DNA of 64,000 nt, taken from Neophaeotheca triangularis (lineage: Eukaryota). The number at the start of each line of letters is the position of its first letter. Within the stretch, counting starts at the first letter, position 1. The position numbers and the translations under genes are program-made. Below, in pieces: positions 21,286 to 32,668 of this stretch. Under the pieces are notes generated by a model. The model ran no database searches, had not been told where the DNA came from, and worked only from the letters and a program-made list of their open reading frames with translations. The DNA is taken from positions 1 through 64,000 of the forward strand of contig BAAIJX010000081.1 of the NCBI GenBank assembly GCA_054600435.1, written 5' to 3'.

Positions 21286-24216
21286 ATGGCTACAAGAAAC
21301 CCCGAAAGACCCGCTCGCAGATCACTAAGAACGCCTGAAGAGTTACAGGTCAAGATCGAAGAGCGCCCGGATAATAACCAAAGCTTGCAAGAATTCGAGG
21401 ACTCACTCGATCAAGACGACGAGGCCGACTGCCACATGATATCGCCAAAGTTGGAAGACGACCGACAACCCGGTCAATTCGGGAACTTGAGCAATCAAGA
21501 AAAAGCTTGGGTCCTTGTCTTGTGTGAATCCGGGCGAGAGGAAGAGGACTACTGGGGAATCATTCGGGCTGTGGCCAAGTTGGATGACAAGGCTGGTGTA
21601 GAGAAGACCGATATTGGCGCAGGCCCGAAGCGCATCTTTGAGGCATTGCACAATCGCCGCTGTGATGCCGGCAAACTTGCCCATGTCGTCGCCGATATCT
21701 TGAAGCAGAAGGGAGAGCCGCAAGCCCATAACCAAGTGCTGCCATCTTTCACGCCAGCTCCCGCAGTCATGCCTTCTATGAACACTACTCAGCCACAAGT
21801 TAAAGCTTTCCAATGCACTACACCACTCAGGGATGCCCACTCGCTTTGGAAATACTACTGCCAGAGCACTGATGACTGGCACACGCTCGGCGGCCAGTAT
21901 CAGGTGACAGTGACTGCAGCCGCGCGATTGGCCTGGGAAGTCTTTTCGGAGGAGCTGAAGGATCAATGGTACGCATACCGAAAGGAATGGAAAAATCGGC
22001 GGCGCAATGTCTACGACTGCGATGACTGCAGGCGCCTGAAGCAGCGTTGCGTGGAATATGTCTTGAGACCAGACTCTGAATACGCTCGCAAACTTGCCGA
22101 GTACGTAGTGAGTGGGAAAGCGAGCGAGAAAGGGAACGAGAAAGTGCGGAAAGTGCAGCGGAAAGGGGCAGAGAAAGCGAGTACGAAGAGCAAGCCGTCC
22201 ACTGTTGCGAGCGATCCTCCCGCGTCACGAGCTGCTCTTGGGACGACCCATGAGCAGATCGAGATGCCTGTGACCCCTGGGACCAACGAAAACTCTACCG
22301 GAGCCTTATCAACCGAGACGTCCCCGCCGTTTCGCCCGAACGCCGAGAACGGCGATGCTGAAGCCTTGTCGCCCTCTGCTGCTCGGGCTTGTAATGCGAA
22401 CAACGAAATTTTGGCTTCCGACAGGTCGCCTCGGACCCCTGTACAGAGGGAAGTAAGTCAAATAAAGGTCCTAGTCTCCAAAGCTCGCGACTCGAATGCT
22501 GATATCTGATGGTTCAGGTCCGACCCCCTATGTCCACTGGGGAGCACCGCCAGCCTCCCCGTGAGCCCTTGGCACTGCGGTCTTTACCGTCTTTTTCGAG
22601 CCGTGCTGCTTCGAACTTCGGCGATGCCGATAAACGCGAATCGGCAGCGGCTCAAGTATCCGCGGCGACATCTTCTCCAGGACGGCAGCACCAAGCTGAC
22701 GGAATCGATTTGGCGTTGCAAACAGCGGCGTCCAGCCCATTTCGCAGCTCAAGTAGGCTCGCCCAATCTAATGCAGCAGGTCAGAGTGCAACAGCGCTTC
22801 GTGCGTGCAGGCAACAAACGGAGCCAACTCAAGCGTACCGGCAGGGCGGAGATTTAGGTTGTTCACATACTGATCGAAGAATACCGCGCTCGCCGTTCGA
22901 GAGATCTGAGCAAGGAGCCAGTGCGCCGGTTTATACAGAGCGTAAAGGAACTTTTGGTGCAACACATGGTGAGCTCGGAGTCAAGACCGGCCACGACAGC
23001 AGGCCGCAATTCAAAAGCCCATCGCTGCAACAACCGAAGGTACTATTTTCCATCGAAGTGTGTCAAGCGTTTTCATCGACTGACACAATCCCACTGCAGA
23101 GAGTTGGTGACTCGGCTCCGCAGAGTGCCGGAGTTCCCACCCAACCCAAGAAACGCCCCGTGGGCCAACAAGCCGACATCCCCTTACCCAAACGCATCAA
23201 AGCGTCGCCTTCCGAAGCCACTGACAAGGACGTTTCCCCTGGGCCTACCACCACCACTGCCTCCCCGGATGAAAACCAATTTAGGCATACAGAATGCCCT
23301 ATCGTCAAGCCAGAGAAAGATGTGCGTTTGCGTTCTCCCGCTTGTGCCCGAACTTTGCTAATGTCTTGGCTCAGGATGATTTTGATTCCACCGCGCGAGG
23401 GCAAGCGATCGCCAAGCAGAAAGTACTAGGAAACACAGTATGCTCAATCTCAAAAATCACACTGGGCATAGTTACTGACATGTACAACAACAGCTTGGCG
23501 CATGTGCCAGATCACCTCCATACCGTGCCTACCGGGTCCAAGCAAAACACCCAGAAAGGTCTCTGCTCTTGCGTTTCGATACGATTGCTGAACAAAGAGT
23601 CAGCTTTGGTCGGATCCAGACTGCCTGCAACAGACTTGGCGGCCGCCACGACACCTTCAGGGGTTTAGTGTGCAAAGGCAAGCATGGCATCATTGTTCTT
23701 TCCCACAGCGAGGTTGTTGCCGGACTTGTCGGACGCGATCTGGAGGTGCCCACCCAGGAAGAGGACCCGGCTAGAGCCAATTTCGTTTGGAACCTCCGCC
23801 CTCTTCCTGTCAAGGCACCTCAATTGTATCGAGCGAGGCTGCCAAACTCTAGCGAAGGGACGAGGATGTCTGCCTTCCCGCTCGAGAGGGCGCTATCGGA
23901 AGTTGCAAAGCTCATCAATATCCCTGTCTATACTCGACGCTGCGTCAAGGATGAGGCCCAACTGCTTTTCGCATTCGCCAGGCCGCCTGGCTGGTTTGGA
24001 GCGCCGCTGCCGGTGACCACCGAGAACGGACATCGGACCACTTTCGAGCTTGAGTACCAGGAGAAAGGCGACGAGATGGGCGAGCAAAAGTGTCCTTTCT
24101 GCAACAAGGGGCATTCTGTCTTCAAGTGCAGGAGATACCGTGCCAAGCGATTCACGGAGCGAGGAAGCCGGCGGAGTGCTTTGAGGTGTGCCAGGAGCTG
24201 CGGCGATCGAATGTGA
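21286..24216 (+). CDS. Uncharacterised protein, about 918 aa, with HMG-box-like helix, Cys cluster and C-terminal CCHC knuckle (introns 22453-22517, 23322-23374, 23438-23493)
   Basis: Three GT-AG introns with CTRAY-like branch sites join the ORF-track pieces into one open frame. Motifs: ARLAWEVFSEELKDQWY, CDDCRRLKQRC, CPFCNKGHSVFKC. Confidence 0.7.
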
Positions 24217-24627
24217 AAGGGCGAAAGTTTCGCCCTGGGCGTTTTCAAAGGACTGGCTGGGAGTCGCGAGGCATGGACTTTTACTCGGTGGGCGTGGGCC
24301 GCCGAGGTGGAGAGTTGTATGGTGAGAACATGACAAGGCCGCAGGTGCTGAAGCCATGGTGTGGGTGGTGGGCTTGGACATAGGGAGCGGAAGACTAATG
24401 CGAAGAGGCCACGCGGACCCACTGCCTGCAATACTGCAGGCGGGAGTTAGTCCGCAGTCACTGCCGTCACTCAGCCCGTAGATCGAGAAAATGAGACGAT
24501 GACACACGTTGATCAAAAACTTTGCCAGAGACATGAATAGCCAGAACCATCATCATTCATACATATCCTAAGCTTTACGAGCTACCGATATCATTGCATT
24601 ATCCCAAACGCCCAAGCAGCAGATAAT

Positions 24628-25766
24628 TCATGACCCGCCCTTCTCATTGTCCGAGCCCCTGCCGAATTTCGAGAGAATGCGTTCCTTAAACGGCATTTTC
24701 TTGTCCTCAGCCTGCTCATTCCCTACGGCCTCACCGCCGACATCCTTCTCTCTCTCGCCCATTGGTGTAGTCCCCCTCGTGCCTCTACCATCTACATCCT
24801 GCCGACTCGCCAGCCTGGATTCCGAGCGTGCGTATCCATAACCGTAGGGCATGAATGCCGATCGTGTCCTGGCAGGGCTGTCGCGACCGGAGGCCGAGCC
24901 TGTCATCATGCTTGAGTCGTTGGGGTTCCCGGCGGTGCCGGCGGCAGCAATTGGAGGTCCAGCTGAGCGTTGGGTGATGCCTGCGTTGAACCCGGAGGTG
25001 ATTTGATCTTGCTTGCGGTCATGGCGGCGTTTGAGCCAGGTGCCTCCGACGCCGAGAGCGGTCAGACCGATGGCGAGAACGATGACCATGACGATCCATT
25101 CCTGGGAAAAGGTCAGTTATGGCTGTGGTGGAGAGATGGTAATAGTGGTGGAAGACTTACCCAGTGACCGTCCCACCAACTCTGGTTTGCGTTCGAGTTC
25201 GAGTTGGGGCTGCTACTGCTCACGGAATCGCCAGTGTTGGATCCGCTGTCAGTGCCGTCGTTTCCTATTCCTTCAATGGGGTCGGTTGTTGGTGGTGCCG
25301 AGGTTTGCACGCCATCCGGAGTATCGGTCGTCGGTGTTGCTTGCCCATCCCCCTGCCCGCCTTCTTGTCCGTCTCCTTGTCCGTCTGCCTGACCATTCCC
25401 TTGGCCATTTCCTTGCCCACCTTGCCCCCCGCCTTCTCCGTGGTTGGACTGGCCGAGATCATCGCCGCAGTTCCCGTTGAACCATGAAGCTACCTGCTCG
25501 TTACCTGCCTGGTCACAGACGTCCTGACAAGCGGTGGAAGGCGTATTTTGGACCGTGAGGTAGGCGGATTGACAAAAGCAGCCCCAAGTCTGAGCGTCTG
25601 CAAGATTCTGGCCACCGCAGGCGGTGACTGCCTGCTGAAGCTCAGTACATTGGTCGGCGCAGGCCGGAAGATCGCCGGCGGAATCGACGCCGCTTTGTAG
25701 GAGTTGCGCGGAAGCTGATGCGGATAGTAGGAGGAGGAGAGGGGTCCGAACCGTGTGCGACAACAT
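24628..25766 (-). CDS. Single-pass membrane protein with signal peptide and CFEM-like Cys-rich ectodomain (intron 25102-25160)
   Basis: Signal peptide MLSHTVRTPLLLLLSASASA; LPACADQC...C...CFCQSAYL...CQDVC...NC; G/Q and S/T linker; SWWDGHW|EWIVMVIVLAIGLTALGVGGTW TM followed by LKRRHDRK. Confidence 0.85.
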
Positions 25767-26666
25767 GGCGCGAGGGGTTGTGGAGGTCGTGGAGGGACTC
25801 GTTGTGTGGCTAAGTGTTGTCTCGCGGCCAAGCTTTTACATTGAACGAGAAGCGGAAGAGACGACGCGGGCGGTGTTGGTGTTCGTAAGCTGCGTGTAGG
25901 TTGTTGATTGTCGTCGGTTTTGTGGTGAATGTGAGGAACGTTAAAGTAGTAATCTCCCAGTCTTGGATCGAATTGAGGGTATATGTAAGCAAGGTTGGCG
26001 GCGGGCAATCGAGGTTGTAGTAGCTGCCAATCGGATCGGCACGGCGCTGTCTTGTCTTAACCGACAACTTAGCGAGTGACGGTGTTGTCGATGTTGATGG
26101 GAAAAAGGATGCGATGATGTTTGAGAGAGGGAGAGAATGGAATGAGGTGGAAAGAACGTCAAATGCTTGGTGTCAATCGAGTGAGCATTGGCACTGACGA
26201 GTCGACGATGCACGAAGAGAAGGTGCGGTGCGATGCCCAGGTGTGGGCGGAGAGAGCAGCAAGCCCAGCAAGAACATTCCTTCTTCCGGCTTAGCCCTCC
26301 TCGGAGCTATCGGTTCGCCAATGCAGGGCTGAGCCTGGAAATAGAAAGAAAAGTCACGTGGTACTGCCCCGTAGTTCCTTCCATCGGCCGCCTTGGCCCG
26401 TCTTCCGATGCTAGGTGCTTGGTGCCTAAGGCTCTTATCGATAAGAATCTCCATGACGTTCAACCGACAGTGGGTGGACGGCTGAAAGCTCCCTGAGCTC
26501 TACCACCGGAGCAATAATACATCAAACACATACACTTCACTTAATTACCCCCTCTACTCTGTGTCCCCTCCCACCCCCTCACCACCCGGCCGGCTCCTCT
26601 GCGTTCTCCACGTCACTGCCGCGGATTCAAAGCATCCACAACTCAACCCATCGACCACCGACAACC

Positions 26667-28191
26667 ATGAATCTCCCGCCGCCAACGTTCGACTTGGATG
26701 CCTGGCTCGCCAATTATGAGGGTACGTTGTCTCATCCGAAACATCTGTTACGATGCAAGAAGCGCTAACTTATCTCCAGGCGGTCTCCTCCTGTTCCGCC
26801 TCGCGCACGTCGCTATGAACTGCCCCTCACTTAGCCAGCAAAGCATGTCCCTCGCCGTCAAAACCGGCAAGAATGGCAAAGACACCCAACTCTATCTTCA
26901 ACTCTGCGAACTCGCCGGCAAACTCGGGATGCCTGATTTGGCTCGGCCGGACCATGCATGGGCGGAGAAACAGGAGGAGCTCAACAAGCGAGAATTAAGC
27001 AGGCTGGAGGGAGAATTGCGCGGATACAAGAACAACCTGATCAGGGAGAGCATACGCATGGGGCAGGATGATTTGGCTACTCATCTGTTAGCTATAGGAG
27101 GGCCGCCGAAACAACCACCGCAACCCGTCGCAGACAATGACGACCCACAGCAACAACAGCAGCAGCAGCAACAGCAAGACAACGCACCAAAAGGCTACTC
27201 CGCCGCCTACCAAGCCTATGCCAGAATGCGCGATCATTGCACAACTCCCTCCCACATCGCAAGCATGACCCTGCGCCTCATCTACACCAGCCTCCTGCAA
27301 ACCGTCTCAGCGCAACTACTCGGCAGCGCATCCGCTCCGCACGCTAATGCCGTGCTGCTCAACACCTCCCGCCTCCGTGGCGTCGGCGTGAAAGCGGAAG
27401 AGCAAGCCCGTCTCGACCCGATCTCCTTCGCCATGGACGGAATTGGCCGGCTGGCACTCGGCGACTACCGTGCGGCCGCAAAGTCCTTCCTCCAAACACC
27501 CCCTGAGTACTCCACCTTAGGCCTAGCCGCGGGCACCGATTTCACCCGCGCAGTCGCTCCAGGTAACGACATCGCCATTTACGGCGGCTTGACAGCGCTG
27601 GCAACAATGTCCCGCGAGGATCTCAATACTCTCGTCCTCGGCGGCAGCTTCCGTGCCTTCCTCGAACTCGAGCCGCACATGCGCAAAGCAATCTCCCTCT
27701 TCACAACCGCCAAATACCAAGCCTGCCTCTCCTTACTCCGCCACTACTACAGCGACTGGGGCCTCGACGTCTTCCTCGGCGCCAATACGCAGCACGGCGG
27801 CAGCCACGTCGATCGCCTCTTCGCAGCCATCCGCGAAAAGAGCATCACAGCCTACTTCTCCTCCTTCTCCGAAGTCTCGCTCGACTCCCTCGCTTCGACT
27901 TTCCCGCCCTCGTCATCTTCGCCCACCGCTATGGAGGAAGAGTGCTTGAAGATGATCGAGGCGGGCAAGCTGGAGGCTAGGCTGGATGTCGTGAAGGGTG
28001 TGCTAGTTGCGCCGCAGTCGAATTCGAGACAGAACATGCATGCCAAGGCAAAGGATACTGCGGATGAGGTGGAGAGGACGCTGTTGTTGAGGTTGCACAA
28101 GGTGAATATGACGCTGGCCGGATTGGAGATTCCCAAGGTTGAGACGCAAAAATGGGGGCAGTCTGGGGTTAGGGCGGGCAATGGGTATTGA
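26667..28191 (+). CDS. CSN1: COP9 signalosome subunit 1 (intron 26722-26779)
   Basis: FDLDAWLANYEG N-terminus, LEGELRGYKNNLIRESIRMG, RMRDHCTTPSHI, NDIAIYGGLTALATMSR, FRAFLELEPHMR, PCI-type C-terminal half. Confidence 0.92.
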
Positions 28192-28553
28192 GTCGGTGTC
28201 GCCACAGAGTAAGGGATGATGACAGCAGCTTGCCTGACGTAGCTCTATCTCGACGATTCTCGCGCTCCAGGTACTGATGGAGAGGATCTCGGCTTTGCTA
28301 GCTCGGTCTGCTGGTAGCTCAGGTAGTGAGCCACGCATAATGATGCTCTCCTACTCCCGCTGTATCATTGCACGCTCTCCATGTCGTCGTGCAGGCGTCG
28401 AGATGTCAAAAGCTCACCTGGTCTTCACCCTCGCCACGGTAGGTTCCAACTATGCCGTATCGTAACTATCGTTACTTCCGTTCCGATGGCTCCCTCTACT
28501 CAATCAACCCCCACGCAAGTGGCGAAAGCGAGCGGCGAGTTTGTCCTCTTCAC

Positions 28554-31500
28554 TCAACCTCGGTTGGACATCTGGCTCAGCGCTCTCGGATTCGATGGTG
28601 CGGAGGCCATTGTCGCCCTCCTCGCCTCCTCCGATACGACGCGTGCATCGTACATTCGTGTGAGCCATGATTCTGACGCTACCCGATTAGGGTGGTCCTC
28701 CGCTAGCACTCGCTTTCGGACTGCAACGACATGCTCCATGAGCTCTTTTGCTTTCCCAAGTTGCTGCCCGGCGTCAAAGTATGCTACAGCGAGCCAGTAT
28801 TGTGAGTCAAGTCGATCAGGGTGGTCTTCAGCTAGCACTCGACTCCGAATAGTGACGACATTCTCAAGTATAGGTACTGCTTTCTCATTCCACCCGTTCC
28901 TACGGTATACTATAGCGAGCTCGCGTTGTGAGGCAAGTCGATCGGGGTGGTCCTCAGCTAGTACTCGACTCCGAATAGTGACGACATTCTCAAGTATAGG
29001 TACTGCTTTCTCATTCCACCCGTTCCTACGGTATGTTACAGCGAGCGCGTGTTGTGAGGCAAGTCGATCAGGGTGGTCTTCAGCTAGTACTCGACTCCAA
29101 ATAGTGACAACATTCTCGAGTATAGATACTGCTTTCTCGTTCCACCCGTTCTCACTGTATGCTATAGCGAGGCAGTGTTGTAAGGCAAGTCGCTCAGGGT
29201 GGTCTTCAGCTAGCATTCGACTCCTAATAGCGACGACATTCTCGAATATAAGTACTGCTTTGTCGTTCCACCCATTCTCCATGTATGCCCTAGCGAGTTC
29301 GTGTTGTGAGGCAAGTCGGGCAGGGTGGTCTTCAGCTAGACTCCTAATAGCGGCGACATTCTCGAGTATAAGTAATGCTTTGTCGTTCCGCCCGTCGCGA
29401 CCGTATGCTGCAACAAGCCCGAATTGGGAGGAAAGTCGGCTAGGGTGGTCTTCTGGAAGCGCTGTTTTGTAATTGGATGCACTTTCGAGCCAGCGCACTG
29501 CATCGCCGAATCTTCCGTCCACCATCAAACATCTTCCGACTTCCTCACAGAGCTTTCCTTTGGTCATAGCACAGTCGTTCTGCCCAATGGTGTTGATCCG
29601 AGCAGCGTGCGGTATATACGAGCGCCACGTTTCGCGGTTTTCCCACTCGTCCGTTGGAAAGACTGCCAAAACATGTTCCGTGGCACATTTCTGCGTAGAC
29701 TTCATCTTACCGTTGACTGCAAGCCAATTGCGCGCTGCCGAATGGACCAACCGGTGCATGTCGAAGATAGCGCCGTCTTCTCCTTTCGTGATGAAAGAAT
29801 ACGCACAAAGCAAGCCGATGGCAGAGTTCATTTTCACGTTGCCTCCTTGTTTCGGCAACAAAGATCGCGGGATCGATCTCCATTCGATGCAACACATGAA
29901 TCCCATGAGTTGCGCAGCAATCGTGTTTTCTTTTTCAAGCTGCTTGAAAGAAAGGAGCAATGTCTTGAAGACAGCATGGTCTGACTCGTCATATCTCGTG
30001 TGATCGTGCATTTCCTCTTCGCTCATAAGCAGAACTTTGTCCTCCTCCGTCCCACTGAGAAGGGCGTGGTACTCCGAGATCGAGGTATAGTTGACTCGCA
30101 TATATGCTGCTGCCTGTGTGATTGCGAGGGGTAGATAATCCAGCTCGGTGAGGAGCGCGCTGGCCTCGTCATGCTCTTTGGGCGTGAGGTCTCGATCCAA
30201 GGTTTTACTCAATACCCTCAAAGCTGTACTCTCCGACATCTTCTTCAAAGATAAGATGTGATTTCCTGCAAGCTTCTGAGCAGACTTCTTGTCCCGCGTT
30301 GTGAATATTGTCAGTCCATACTCTCCTTTGGGCAGAAAGGGTCGGATGTGGTCCACCATCCCCACGTCATCTGCGTTGTCCACGACAAGTAAGAACTTGC
30401 CCGCCCCTCCCGCAGTGAGGCGCTGCTTCACCTCTTGCTTGACATTGCTTTTGTCATTGAGCAGTCCAGCTACCCCTAGCACCGCGGCGATTTGTCCGTA
30501 AGCTTGGTCGAAAGTTTCAGTACTCAAGGCTGGCGCCCAGAATACAGAGAAATCTGCGTGATTGTCAAATACCCAATACGCAAATCTCAAGGCAACTTGT
30601 GTTTTTCCCATGCCGCCTAGGCCCTCGATCGCTATCTGACGGCATTCCTGCTTTTCGAATAGTCTGCGTTTGAGTTCATCGAGCATGTGCTGTTGGCCGA
30701 CAAACTGAAGATTTTGCGCCAGAGGGATGCATTTGTACCGAAGTGATGTTACTGCTAAGGGACGTTAGCTCTGCCAGTTGGTGATCAAGCGGGATGGGGA
30801 GTGCAAATGTACAGTATCGTAGGTACTGCCGTAAACTACTTACCGTCGGAAGTTGAGACCTGGGGCGGCGAGAGTACCCATTCTTGGAGTAGAGCTTTTG
30901 CACAAGATGCCGCGGTTGCAGCGCTGAAGTTCTGCCACAATTTGTTCTTGTGGCTATCCGCATAGTCACAAACGCTCTTGACAATGACTGTAGGCATGTG
31001 GTCCCAAGTGCCCGCTCCCTCCATCTCAAAGCCTATTACGCCCTCGTCAGCCATCAACCGATCCCGATCCCGCTCGCTCTTCAGAACATTGTTTGCTGAG
31101 GCGATGCGACCAAAGTGTATTTCTGTAAGTCTTCGCGCTGGCCGTCTGCGCTGGCGGTGATCGACTGCGCATCCGAGCATCTCACAATCTAGTCGCCGAG
31201 CCTCGTCGCACACTGGATCGTCCCAACCATGACATTCTCCGCAACGCCCGGTCGAGCATTGTGTAAGGGCGTGATGTTTGTGGCGATGATTGGCGGAAAA
31301 GAGACGGTCGGAATCGACATCGGGCATTGCAATTCTTCCCACCATATCTTCGATCGTTTTTGCGGTCAACTTGTTGCTCCCCATGACGCCCTCCATCTTT
31401 CTAAGGAACTGTCTGATCTCGGGAGCCAGCGCGTTGTCGATTTCCTTCTTCCGGTGTAATCCGTCAGAGTACTGTCGGCCAAAGTCGGATGCTATTACGG

Positions 31501-31840
31501 CTGTACTGATGAGCACATCTCCCAAATGTATGGCCGTGCCTCCGGGAGTACGGTGCGCTCCACCAGCTACGCCCACCACCAGAAAGAGCTTGATGTTCGG
31601 GAAACTGAAACGCATGTCACCGGCGACACTTCCGGCGTACCTGGCGCCCATGCCTTGTGGATATGCCAGGACAACTGGTTTCGAGCCCAGCAATCCAGTG
31701 CGATAAGCATTGCGATCTCTGGATGCCTTGCCATACTCACGCTCGTTGTCCTGCATCAGCGCTTCCACAGCATCGCTTTCGAGCTTGAGCGCACACAGGA
31801 TGCCGATCTCAAATCCGTCCCGGGTTGCTGGAAGAGTCAT
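28554..31840 (-). CDS. Fungal NLR: PNP_UDP nucleoside phosphorylase - NB-ARC - TPR (about 1,065 aa, intron 30755-30843)
   Basis: PNP motifs FEIGILCAL, LVVGVAGG, IHLGDVLIS, FEMEGAG, KSVCDYADSHKNKLWQ; Walker A GLGGMGKT, Walker B LLVVDNADD, TTRD, LPLAITQAAAY, FDMHRLVH; seven EDHP-type TPR units. The GTAAGT...GCTAAC...TAG intron fuses the two ORF-track pieces in frame. Confidence 0.93.
28680..29460 (-). repeat. Coding tandem repeat, 126-bp unit (42-aa TPR), 7 EDHP anchors
   Basis: GGGTGGTC anchor follows positions 28689, 28818, 28944, 29070, 29196, 29322 and 29442 (spacing 129, 126, 126, 126, 126, 120). Confidence 0.95.
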
Positions 31841-32668
31841 GGTAGTCACTGTGTCCTGACTTCATGCGGCAAGGCATGGAAAGGGGGTTTGGATCGTGCG
31901 AATAGAGCGCTGACCGGTCGCGTGGGAGTCGGTCAGCTTTCTATTGCGAGCTCTCAGCCTTGTCGCTGCATGCACAGCCGCCAAATTGCTAAGCTGTCGT
32001 CTCGGCGGATTGACGCTGTCCATATAATTGGTGGCTTTGTCTACCGGTGAATCGTTGGTTCTTCGAGATCACTCTATCCCCGGGAGCATTCATCGCCGTG
32101 GCTAAATGTTCGTCTAACGCTTGAACCGGCCATCTGTACGCCGCATGCACCATCGGCTAAGTGAGTGTTCACGAGCTCACAGTCACAGGTATCTGGTGAT
32201 TTTTTTCTTGAATGGTGCGGGAGATGCATGAAGATGTAATACCATATGCGCGTGGGATGCGGAGTGGCGTTAGGTGTACAGCCCACCTCGTCCCCCACCA
32301 TATATAGTAGCACCAACAGGCAACAGCTCTCCACCTGGGCATTCTTGTTAAGCGAACGACACACAGCCGTCCTTGGCCTGGCCAGGGATTCTGCCAGCGC
32401 TTCGCAATGCGACACATGTTTCTGGTAGTACGACCAATGGACCCTCCCGGTGGTCGTCGCCCATTCCAGGTTTGCTATATGTGTGAGTCAACACGGCCTC
32501 ATAGAGCCCTTTTCAACATCCCTGCTGCGTTCGGTCGGCGGTGCATGCACATAGATAGATATGAGCCTTGTATGAAGAATATAGTCTTCAAGTCGGAGAC
32601 TGCTGCCCGCCGTCTGTTGGGAGCGTATCAAGTATAGTCTACCGCACCCTCTTCCCCACAACTCGACA

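Noticed and set aside
22507..22511. TGATG stop-start overlap suggesting translational coupling
   Set aside because: It lies inside the predicted intron 22453-22517.
28680..29460. CRISPR-like repeat array
   Set aside because: Units are in-frame coding TPR repeats with no unique spacers, in a eukaryotic gene.
28381..29472. 363-aa plus-strand ORF with repeats
   Set aside because: Antisense shadow of the NLR TPR repeats.
30687..30843. PNP and NB-ARC-TPR as two separate genes or a frameshifted pseudogene
   Set aside because: A canonical 89-nt intron (30755-30843) joins them in frame.
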